Positions 52,501 through 64,000 of a stretch of DNA of 64,000 nucleotides are shown one piece after another. Location: NCBI GenBank assembly GCA_964276515.1, contig OZ193909.1, positions 10,850,001-10,914,000 of the forward strand. Direction: 5' to 3'. Below the pieces are notes generated by a model. It made no database searches. It saw nothing but the letters and a program-made list of their open reading frames with translations, and was not told the origin of the DNA. Each line of letters opens with the position of its first letter. Positions within the stretch are counted from its first letter, which is position 1. A program made the position numbers and the translations under genes. The stretch comes from Gordius albopunctatus (Eukaryota).

Positions 52501-53196
52501 TTTAATTAAAGCAAACTTATTTTTTACAAAACGGGGTTTAAAATATACTCAACTCAATGATATAGCTTCAAAAATTTATAATTTTTCCTTGTCTTTATAA
52601 TATTTTGACTTGAATTGCAAATCTTATTCTAGTATTTAAATAAATCCATAGTATCTGTAAGAATTTAGGAAATAAAATAAATAAATATTTCAAAAAAATT
52701 TTATTTGGAACTGTTGAAATATATATTATAAAGTTAAATACTTAGTTTTAAATTATTAGCTTGATAAATTGTAAGAAATGAAAATGGACTTATTATTTCA
52801 AACTTATCCTAGTTGTAAAATAAGAGAGTAATAACAATTTAAAATTTTTAAATTTATATGTCAGACTAAAATATCTGGGCTTTTTGAGGTAGTACTTAGT
52901 GAAATGGAAGTGCTAGATTAAGCCTATAAATACGGGTGGTCTAAAGAAATGTTTAATTCACCAAAATAGTAGGTAGTCAAGCGCCAAAATCTAACATAGT
53001 TCCATCAGGCTTGGAAGGCCGGGATATCAATACTCCCTTATTCCATATAAACCAAAATGTATAGTACAAAAAAGACGCAGAATGAAAACCATAGGGCGTC
53101 CCCCTTAAGCGACGCGCGCATTCTTCGCCTGGAATGCGTGGGAGATAAACGAAGGCTACCGCTCTCTCAACAAACGGAAGCGGTTAAGACATTCGT

Positions 53197-56100
53197 TTGC
53201 GTAGGATAATGTTTGGGTCATGGAATATTGGTACAATGACTAGCAAGAGCAGAGAATTGGCAGGCGTTCTAAGGAGGAGAAAAATCGATATCGCGTGTAT
53301 ACATGAGACTAAATGGAAGGGCCAAAAAGCAAAATACATAGGGGACGGATACAAATTATATTTTTACGGTACAAAAACTCACCGGAATGGCGTCGGTATA
53401 GTGCTATCGGAAGAATTTCAGCAAACTGTCGTCGACGTTAAAAGAATCAATGACAGAATTATGGCGATACAGCTTTGTTATAAATCTACTACGATAAACG
53501 TTATATCAGCATACGCCCCTCAAAGTGGATGCTCTGAGACGGAAAAAAGAGTGTTTTTGGAAGGAGCTTGAAGATGTTCTATCCCAATTCGGTAAAGAGG
53601 GAATAAGGGAGGATTTGAAAGAAATCATGGTGGTCAAGGTTACGGTCTAAGAAATGAAGAAGGTACGGAAATTCTAGAAATTGCTCAAGCTTTTGACCTA
53701 GCAATAGGAAATACCTTCTTCAAAAAGAGACAGGAACATCTTATAAGGTACAAAAGCGGCAGCCGTACCACTCAGATAGATTTCTTTCTAGTCAACATAG
53801 CGCACTTAAAGTATGTTCAAAATGTTAAGGTAATACCGAGTGAAATATTGGCCTGCCAACACAAGCTGTTGAGATGGACTTTATATCAAAAGGCCTTAAA
53901 GCAAAAGGTACAAAGAGTAGCCGCTACTATACAATGGAGGAAACTAAAGGATAATATCCAACATTTTAAAGAACAAGTAATTAAACATGCTGAATTTAAG
54001 AAAAATACTTCATGTGAGGATCAATGGAATGGTATAGATGCCACAATGCGAAAAGCGGGACAAGCCCACTAAAAGAATTCTCACGGAGACGTGGTGGTGG
54101 AATTAAGAAGTGCAAAAATGTATCAAGGAAAAGAAGAGATTGTACAAAGTTTGGTATAAAAGCAAGGATAGTAATGATAAGCAAGCTTACCAAGTAGCTA
54201 AAAGATCGGCTAAAAAATTCGTAGCGAAAGCTAAAAACAAGGTGTACGACGATATAAATGTAAAACTCAACTCAAAGGAAGGAGAAAGATTGATCTACAA
54301 AATCGCAAAGTCAAGGGCCAAAAATTCTAAAGATTACCTAGAATGTCGGCTAATCAAGGGTCAAAAGGGGGAAATACTAACACACGACAGCCATATACTA
54401 CAAATATGGTACGACCATTATAGCGATTTATCAATTGAAAAGGTGCTTGTAGTCGAAGACTCTAACCAGGAAAACAGAATAGGAGAATTAAACACAGTGA
54501 ACTAGATCACGGAAACGGAAGTCAAAATTGCTATGGGTAAACTAAAGTCAGGAAAAGCTCTTGGACCCGACAATATACCAATAGAGGGCTTCAAAGCGTT
54601 AGGCAATACTGGTGCACAATTCCTCGCCAACCTTTTCAACAATATCTTGAAAACGCGTAAAATGCCTAACTAGTGGAGGGATAGCTAGATGATCCTGATA
54701 TACAAGATGAAAGGGGACATTCAGGATTGCAACAATTACAGAGGGATAAAGCTTATGAGTCACACTTTCAAGGTGTGGGAAAAAGTGATCGAAAAACGGC
54801 TTCGGAGTATGGTTCAAATTCGAGATAACCAATTCGGATTTATGCCCGAGAGGTCTACAGCAGACGCTCTAAACAGTGTTAGAAGATTAATGGAACGGTT
54901 TAAAGAAAGGGAAGAGGATTTGCACATGTGTTTCATCAAACTAGAAAAAGCGTTTGATAAAGTTCCTCGTAATTTAGTTTGGAAATGTATTGAAGAAAAC
55001 AATGTGCCAGAAGTATACGTCAGAGTAGTGCTGTAAACATTTGTAAAAAAATCGAACGCGTTCGCTTTCAACGTTCCTTCACAAAAATCGAACGCGTTCC
55101 CGTTCACGTTCGTCTAAAAAGAAAAGGAACGCGTTCACGTTCGTTCAAAATTTTATGATACATTTTTTTAAAGTTTAATTTAATATAAATAAATGTCTTA
55201 TATTTTTTAATACAATAAATAGCCATGATAAAAAATAATAGTTTTATTTCGACAATATAATTATAAATCAATATAATCTATTTTCTTATTTATTTTTAAT
55301 AATAATTGTTTTTCAAAATTGTCTTCTGATAAGCAGGAACGCTTGGCAGTTAATACAGCATTAGCTATACTAAAAACCTGCTCCACAGGGGCAGATGAGG
55401 GGATTGGAGTATTATACTTAATAAAAATTCATCTGCTGATTTTGAATATTCAGAATCTGAAGATGACGACGATATAATATTATGATTGTCCATATTAACC
55501 TATAAATTAAGCTATAATTAATAATATCAAACTAATTAACTTTAATCTTATCTTCTTTTGCACGTTATAGTATGTTAAAAGTATTTCGGAATTGGTAATA
55601 GGAAACAGGAAAAACAGCTGATTAAAAAATATAATACTTTTTTGTTAAAAATTTGGATTGACATTAATTTTCAAATAAATAAAAACAAAAAAGGGTTTTT
55701 AAAATTGAACGAACGTTAAATTCGAACGCGTTCATCAAAAAAGGAACGCGTTCACGTTCAAAGTTCACCAAAAAATAAAAGAACGCCGTTCATGAACGCG
55801 TTCATAAAATTTGAACGCGTTCACTTACAGCACTACGTCAGAGCAATAAAAGATATGTACAAGGGAAATAGAACGTACGTTAGAACATCGGTGGGGACTA
55901 CAAAAGGCTTTGCCATTAACACTGGACTCCATCAAGGTTCAGCTCTTAGTCCCTTCCTATTCATAATGATAATGGATAATATTACCAAGGACTTGGGCGA
56001 GGAAGCTCCTTGGGCAATGATCTTTGCAGACGATATAATTCTCTGTGCCAAAAGTGAACAAGAATTGGCTAATACTGTAAATAGATCGGTAAATGCAATA

Positions 56101-56612
56101 GAAGAAAGTGGTCTTAAGGTAAATAGAAAGAAAACAGAATACATGAAGGCAAAGTTGAAATCGGATGAAAACCAGCAAAGTGCATCCCTTACTTGAGGCG
56201 ATTGGCAACTTACAGTCATGGATTCCTTAAAATATTTATGATAACACTTCAATCGGATAGTGGAATAGATAAAGAAATCCAAGCAAGGATAAATTCAGGA
56301 TGGCTCAAGTAGAGGGACTTGACAGGTGTTCTGTGTGACAAAAACATTCCGAGAAGACTAAAAGGCGCACTGTATAAATCCATCATACAGCCAACAGTCC
56401 TGTATAGCTCGGAATCATGGGCTATACGTTAAAGAGACGAGCAACGTCTTGTGGCCATGGAGATGAGAATGCTAAGATGGGTGCTAGGAGTATGCAAAAA
56501 GAACCATAGGTGAAATGAAGAAATAAGAAGAATTTTGGGTACTAAATCAATTGCGACAAAGCTCTTAACAAATAGATTAAGATGGTATGGCCATGTTTAA
56601 AGAGGGGACGAG
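53197..56612 (+). pseudogene. RTE-clade non-LTR retrotransposon (APE endonuclease + RT), decayed, interrupted by a hAT derivative
   Basis: GSWNIGTM, IACIHETKWKG, NGVGIV, ISAYAPQ, NYRGIKLMSH, QFGFMP, LEKAFDKV, GLHQGSALSPFLF, MIFADDI, RWYGHV; multiple stops and frameshifts. Confidence 0.95.
55026..55835 (-). mobile_element. Internally deleted hAT-like element (810 bp) inserted in the RTE
   Basis: 11-bp TIR TAGTGCTGTAA; exact TSD CGTCAGAG; GAACGCGTTC subterminal palindromes; minus-strand remnant FIKYNTPIPSSAPVEQVFS..AKRSCLSEDNFEK (hAT C-terminal dimerisation motif). Confidence 0.93.
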
Positions 56613-56890
56613 TTGATAATGACTGTTTGTCACCTAAGCTGGTGGTCAGTCCTTTTAGCATTCGTTTCCATTTGTTTCTATGTTTACATAGATCTTTCTT
56701 TATCTTGTGGACTTTCATATCGTGCCGTATTTTATGCATCCAGGTAAGCTTAGATTTTCCTATCCTTGATTTTCCTGCGAAATTTATCATCTCGATTTTA
56801 TTTCCAACGTAGCTATCGTCCCTTCTTTTTACATGGCCATACCCTCTTTGTCTATTTGTTAGGAGCTTTGTCGTCCGAACAATTGATGAG
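56613..56890 (-). mobile_element. RTE 3'-end fragment in opposite orientation
   Basis: Minus strand GYGHVKRRDDSYVG..GKSRIGKSKLTW..DM..HRNKWK, the typical RTE C-terminus. Confidence 0.85.
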
Positions 56891-58780
56891 AGGGCGAAAG
56901 AAGTATAATAGTAGTAAACTAGTCTCCTATCTATCATACACACTACAAGCACATCACATTGGGTATTTACATGCTTATATATGCATAAAAACCAATGGGA
57001 TAGGGAAGGGAGGGAAGGAGACCCTGAGTCTGGGGCGATTTTGGGATATTGAATATAGGGAGTAGCTTACATTTTGAGATAAATTAAAAACTATTTAACC
57101 TAGGTAAAAAATGTATTTGTATGATTTTTTTTTATTATGACCCAGAAATAATTTTTTAAGTTTTGTCGATTTGTTTTCTCGTTTTACACCTATAAAAATG
57201 AGCAAAAACGCTCATTTTCTCAATTTTGAACTTAACTATTTAAAAAAACTGACGTATAGGAAAAAAACAAAAAATTTATTAATTTTCACCACCAAAGATC
57301 GTTTTCCGATTGATTTCATAAGTCCATTATTTGTTGTCTAGTGTAATTAAGGGAAAATTTATCGATTAAGGGAATGAAGAAATAAATTTAAAATATTGTA
57401 TTAAAAAAGTAAGATGCAGTGTTAATGAGGTATAAAATTGAAATGTTTAATATTTAATATATTTCATTCGGAAAATAATATTTTCCTCTTAATCAGCTTT
57501 GCCTATAATTACCACAGAATTGTAATTTACTTTAAAAATGAAAAACATGTGTCTGAATAATAATGCAATTTGACAATTTATAAGTATGTTAGCGCCACAC
57601 TATAGTTTTAGCCCTTTCAGTGACTATGTGCTTTAGCTCTAGCGTATCTCGCTATACCTAATAGCACCTCCAAGCGACTATGCTATGTAGCGGGAAGCGC
57701 TAAGTGCGCTATTGCTAAGCGTTGCGCCATCACTAATCAACACTCCACCCAACGACATAGCAGAAAATATGTTTAAAAGGAAATTTTGAACCACATGGGA
57801 GGAATTAAGATAAAGCTTAGCATCAACGACCGAAGACAAAAAACACGGCTGATATAACGTTTAAAAAATAAAGTGGGTACATAGGTTTTTGGGTGAAATA
57901 AAATGGGTGAGAGTACGATAGTATCCATGCGTGGAGCGGTTCGTACGATGTTTGCGTCTTAGGAGACGGCAATATCTACAACAATTAAGAAAAAGCAAAA
58001 CTCTGGACAGGAGGATGGAAGAGAGAAAAAGGTTGACCAACCAATCTGACTCTAGTTCCCCTCTAAATAGGGTCTGATTAAGACAGCGTGGGTCCTTGCT
58101 AGAAGAACCCATGAAAAATAGTTATTCGTTCAGTTGTTTTTTCATAGTCTTTTTTTCCCTGCATTGAGTATCATTAAATGATTTCTAATAAATAACTGCT
58201 ATTCCACTATATCTTTCCGCTCTATTATGCTTTTGTAATTATTTCTGTTCTATACCTATATAATCTATTTTTATGGCAATTAGCTTTTCTAAAAATGCAA
58301 CTTACGATCGTTGTGCACAATGCTCTCTCAAACTCCTAACGGATTTCCCTGAGATTTGTCAGAGCATTGTAATCGCATTCAAGACGGTTTATGCCAAATT
58401 TTTCTCCACTTTGTGGATCCGGAGTTATTTTTTTACGTGTTTGAGCCATCTAGTGGACGACGCTAAAAACAAACTTTTAGTATTTCACTTTTTGCTTCAA
58501 CTTTACACTTAACTAAGCCCCGTTTCTTTATCCTATATAAGCTTGTGACAAATAAAAGATAATTTATAATATAATTACTTAGTAAATTTCATGTGTGGTT
58601 AGTTATTTTTAAACTTGTTTGAACATTGTCAGTTTAAAAATTCGCATTGACTTGAAGCAATTTTAAAATATTATAGGATAGTGTGGGAAGGGTTAGTTAA
58701 CAAGAAATAGTGAAATTTAGAAGTATTACTTGGGTGGGAGGTTGTGTGCCTTAATGCCATTATAACAGAAAACGTGTAAA

Positions 58781-61700
58781 ATGTCGGCTCACGAACAAAT
58801 GAGAGCTATGCTCGATGAATTAATGGGAACGGAGAGGAATGGTATATATATCTATTGTTATATTGTAGTGATTTTATCAGGTGAGGACCCAGAAAAAATT
58901 CATTTTAGTGATTCATTGGTTTGCAAAAGTTTTCTTTTGAATTCTTGTCCTCACGATATACTTGCAGGAACGGTAACTAAAATTTATTAGAAAGTATACT
59001 GTAGTTCTATGTGGGGTTTTGAATAAATTTAACACTCTTTTTCAATTGATACATTTTTACTTTAAATTTTTTTTCATAAAATATGTGTTTTTATTATTGA
59101 ATAAATAATAAAAATGGGCTAGATAGATCTATAAAAAAAGATTGTTATTAAAATCAAATAATGCTTTGTTTGAAATAAATATTTCTTTATCTATTTATAT
59201 TAATTATAGAGAATGGATATTGGAAATTGTCCAAAGATACATAAACTTGCACTAAGGGCTGATTTTGAAATGGCTTCTAAAAAAAAAGACTATTTTTATG
59301 ACATAGACGTAAGTATATTCAACTATAGTATGAGCTTTAAATTTTGAATTATATTTTATATCTGCATTTTTTATTAAATGTGCCAAAATGATTTATTATA
59401 TTAACAGATGCCTCTAGCATATTTTTAATCTATCATTACATGAATGGAATAATAATCCTTAGTAAGCTTTTAATTTTATTATCTTACTGGTCATTGTTCT
59501 CCTCAAAATCCATTGATGTTCCAAATTGGAATTTTTAAAATCCCCTATATCAATTTTTTTTAAATAAAATGATATTATAAATATGGGTATTTTATAAAGA
59601 TAATTTATATTTATAAATTTCTTATTCAATGAAATTAAAACACTTGCTAAATGTATTTTTTTAAATTAAGATTGTGACTTATTCCTGGCATTATATATGT
59701 TTATAAATAACAATTCATCAAGTTTATCTTTTTTTGTTTATAATTCAAGACATGATTTATGATATAATTTCATATTTATTAGATATCAAAATATTTTTAA
59801 TTGAGGATATGTGATACAAATAATTTGTTATTTTAATTAAGACAATGGAGCATTTGCAATCATTTATCTCGGATTGTGATAGGAAAACTGAAATAGCTAA
59901 AAGAAAATTAGCAGAAACACAAGAAGAACTTGATGATGATAATCAGGAAAAGGTTTGATTTGCATCATATTCAAGCACTATTTATGTTATATTTAGGCTA
60001 ATAAAGTTCATGAGATGAATGAACAAATTGGCCAGAAACTTGCTCAAGCTGAACAACTTGGAGCTGAAGGCGATGTGGAAGCAAGCATGAAAATTTTAGA
60101 GGAGGTTGAACTCTTGCGGAAGCAAAAGGGTGATTCTGAAGTAATATAAATCTATTTAATATATACATTTAGGATTATGTTACAAACTCCATATATTAGA
60201 GAACGACAAATTTATGTTTAATATAATGAAATTTACATTGTAAATATTACAAAACGTTGACCCGTAGAGTCCTTCACAGGCCGCCTAACTCGGCTTGAGA
60301 GGTTTTCTAGCCATGCTCGGACAGTTTTTTTTCCAATCAGGCTTGAGTCGGGTCTGATGTGGCAGTGCAATTTGAGGTCTTAGCCCTGGCCTAAATTAAC
60401 CCAAACCAACTAATTACCTATAAAATATGATTTAGAATAAATTTGATACAGCTTAGATAATATATCTTTTAAACTCCAGCCCTCCTCTTCCCTGCCTATT
60501 ATAACAATGATTTCATCAAAATTACAAACTTTATTCTAGCATAATATCCATGGTAGCTATTAAAACTTAAAAAAATAATTCAAAAAGCCAGAAACAACGA
60601 GCCGGGCCTGGATGGGCCGTTATATAACTTAAGGGGCTCGGACCGGGTCTAGTTATACATAAGGCCCGCTAAAAGCCCGTTACAAAATCAATTAGATTTA
60701 GTATAAAATAAAGTGTTTTTATAATGTTCTAATTTAATTATTTTATGTATATTAACAAAGGAAGCTAAATTTTATTTCCATCCTAGCTTTAATTCATCAA
60801 ATCTCAAACCGCATTATAAATGTTAAAGATAATTTATACACGTGATCCCATGGGAGGAGCCAATTTAAATTAGATGGGGCAATTTAGATAGGCAAAAAAT
60901 GTTTTTTACATCAAGAATTTTTGGATTTGGAGGGGGACAGCCGCCCATCCTTGCCTCCCCATTTATACCCTCCAGCAATATTGAGTGAATTAGATTATTT
61001 AGGATTAATTGCTATCCAATTTATAGGCTCTCTTTTAATTGTCCTTCTGTTCTGTCCAACTGTTGAGTTCTCAATAATTGCCGTGGAAACTTATATGGGG
61101 TTTTAATGCCTGTGGACTTATGCTTCTATAAACGACTTTTATTTTTCTTTCGCAAAAAGTTTAATTAATGACCCCTGATTGGCTTTACTTTTTTCGACCT
61201 CGCCCGACCTCAAATTCCATTATTGTTTTTTGTCCGACTGATTATCTTTATTATTGAATTTCTTTGGGCAACTTGTCTGGGTTGTTGCTATATATTGGAT
61301 AATTGCGAAACTGGCTATAATACCCTGCAAATTAATGCTGACCGTTGCTTACATCTTATCTTACCCCGGTCAAATGCCAAAATTTATATACTCATTCATT
61401 ATCATTAGCAAATTTAAAAACAAATTCTAAAATTTATTTCTTCAAGTTACTTTTGTAAAATATTACTGTTTTTTAATTTTATATCAATAACTTAATTATT
61501 TAAAAAGGTGGAAAAGCAAAGAAGCGAAGTAACTTTATTAAAAACATTATAACCTTGAATAAGGGTTTTAAAAGGGTTATTTGGCTTATATGGTTTTGTA
61601 TATCCCAAAGTGCCACTTGTAAAAAAATTCCCCATGCAAGTCTTTTCTTAAATGATAGAACAACTCGACTGACCGGGAATTACCTATTCATTATCTCTAC

Positions 61701-62922
61701 AATATTTTTATCAACATTTTTGACATATACATATTGTTCACCATATCGATAAAAAAAATTAGAGGGCCGGGTTCGGGCTTAAAATTTAATATTTTGACGG
61801 GCCCGGGCCTTTAAATTTTTATTACGGGCGACTTACCTCTAAACCTATTTGTTTTAAATTAGCAATTACCTACACTCAAATTCTTTTAATTTTTGGGGTT
61901 AACATAATTTTTAAATGTAAAATTTGTCTAAAATTTCCCTGAAAAAAATTACCATTGGCTTTTGTTCTGGTTATAACTATATATAAAAAATAACATTTGG
62001 GGCTGGGGTGGGATTGGGGGAATTGTAATTTAAAATCGGCCCTGAGATAATTCATCATTTTGCGGGGCTTTACTCATCAGTAATCACGTTTTTCCACAAC
62101 TGTCTTGAGCATTTTTTGAACTGAATCGACAAGAATTGATAACTTTAATCTATGTTAGAAAGTACCTTATCGTTAGTTAGGAGTAATGTCTATTATTAGC
62201 TCATGTATTTAAAATGATGGTTATCCAAAATAGAAATTCGAATGACTCGTCAACAGGATTAGGGCATAAAATCACCATCTTCACGTATATACCAAAGTTA
62301 ATAATAATAAAATTATTATGTTTGTCTGCATAAATTATCACCCTTATTGTTTTTGAAGATAGGTATAAATTTACATTTCTAAGAGACGAAGAGCAGCGAC
62401 TCCATAAAAGTGGCAGCACATTTTAGAAAATATTTAAGCGAAAAAGTTAGTAAAATTTTATTCTAACTTTTTCATTGCAAAGAAATCTTAAATAAAAAAA
62501 TTGGACAAGTCCAATTTATGCTAGCAATAATTACACGTCCTCATGAGGTTCGTGATAATGGTGCAATGAACGAGACTATTTAAAATCCTTCTTAACCGCT
62601 ATGCATTATATTCACACACATATATTACGATGGCGCGTTAGAACGAATTCCGAAATTCGATGCCGGCGTCGAGTTACCAACAGCAAAAGCTGCGCGTTTG
62701 CGAAATATGTTCCGCTTACCTAGGGATCCACGACAACGAAAGACGGCTCGCCGATCATTTTGGGGGAAAGTTGCATTTGGGATTCATTAAGATACGGGAA
62801 CGGCTGGACGAACTCAAGCTCACCGTCCCTCCGCGGAAGCTGTTGAGAGACCTGAACCGGGCTAGGCGGAAGAATGGTGGCCGAGACAGCAGCGAGGAGA
62901 GGAGACCTTGTGGTGGCAGCAG
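58781..62922 (+). CDS. LUC7L: LUC7-like U1 snRNP-associated splicing factor (LUC7L/LUC7L2 type); 3' end uncertain
   Basis: Exons 58781-58841, 58881-58972, 59210-59308, 59842-59952, 59997-60140, 62642-62922 give MSAHEQMRAMLDELMG, VCKSFLLNSCPHDILAGTRMDIG, IHKLALRADF, CDRKTEIAKRKLAETQEE, MPASSYQQQKLRVCEICSAYLGIHDNERRLADHFGGKLHLGF. Confidence 0.96.
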
Positions 62923-64000
62923 GTTTGTTTGTTTGTTTCCCCCCTCCCCTCCTTTAACAACATTCCGTGAGGTAGTGGAGTAGTGGGGTTCTTTAGAGGT
63001 TGAGTCTCTTTTCAAACTCACACTAAATAATGTTACAAAATGATGCAATTTTCTTGATAAAGTTTCAACAATACTACAGGCGGAAGTGGTAACGAATTAT
63101 TCTTTTGGCCAAAATGTAGCTATCCCACCAACTTTAGCACCCTCTGCACTATTGTGGTATAAAACGGCTGGGGGGGGGGGGCTTTGTTTAGTGGACCTTT
63201 AGTAACAAGATCAGACGAAAGACTTTCTTTCGCACAAAGAGACCAACTACACCTTATTTAACCCGATCAACGGATTGTTCATAAGTTGTTGCAAAACTCA
63301 CAATCTTTTTCAAATAATGCTGTCGTATAAATTAAAATATTTGTGGAATAAGTTGTTAATTATGGCTGCTCTTGTATATATTTTACATCGATTTTGTAAA
63401 AGCCACTCTTGCCCAATGTCTTAGCCACTTATAAAAAAAGATAATTGTAAATCCATTTGATAAAGTGATGAAGGTTTGTGCGAGCAACGTTTTATTAATA
63501 TTATATTTTAATTTACTATTTTGCCCTGAATTATGCATAATTATTTTAGAAAATTAGCTTATTTATACTTTGTGTAAAATGTTGTCTTTTGTGATTGACG
63601 ACTAATTTAATGTGAGCTATTAAGCGACTTAAAATTTCTATATCTTTTTATAAAAATATGATAATAGAGTATGCGAATTTAGTAAATATTAAAAAGTATG
63701 GCCATGAATAAGTTAATGCTGTTTTGTTTATATTTTTCATTTTTAACTTATTATTTTAAATATTTCTAATTAACAATTTTTCTCAATTTTACGACCTTTT
63801 AGCGCAATAGGGTTCATTTTTTATAATTACGTTTCACGTTAATTTTAAACCACTTAAATTAATTTGCTTAATTAAATTTGTCAAAGTTTTTACAAAAAAT
63901 TGCCAAATTACACGTTGATTGTGATTTATTTTAAATTAATTCCCTTTTTGAAAACAGAGCTTACATCACTAAGGATTGGTTTTTTATCCTAACTAATTTA

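Noticed and set aside
53996..56282. Minus-strand ORFs within the RTE
   Set aside because: Antisense shadows of the LINE ORF.
57861..58112. 83-aa minus-strand ORF as a protein-coding gene
   Set aside because: No recognisable domain, and it runs through an intron-like pyrimidine tract; kept only as an unexplained region.
1..64000. Assigning the host species (e.g. a cilia-reduced worm lineage)
   Set aside because: Sema-2a points to a non-vertebrate animal, but the taxon cannot be fixed from this window without a database search.

Overview
AT-rich animal (invertebrate-like) nuclear DNA with many 35-60 nt introns. There are four host genes. (1) The 3' half of a cytoplasmic dynein-2 heavy chain (DYNC2H1-like, +, to 17634), whose stalk microtubule-binding domain is well conserved while its AAA3/AAA4 nucleotide-binding motifs look eroded. 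(2) COP9 signalosome subunit 4 (+, 28859-34859). (3) A secreted Sema-2a-like semaphorin (-, 44902-34962), tail-to-tail with CSN4 with about 100 bp between stop codons. (4) LUC7L/LUC7L2 (+, from 58781). The rest is dense with transposons: a compact, young Mag-type Ty3/Gypsy element in a dynein intron (128-bp TG..TA LTRs, LLDD RT motif), an intron-containing hAT pseudogene, a decayed RTE LINE interrupted by an internally deleted hAT, a probable ~5.4-kb non-autonomous Helitron, and many MITEs with readable TIRs and TSDs. Protein assignments come from manual translation and recalled family motifs. No database search was run, and some exon boundaries are approximate.
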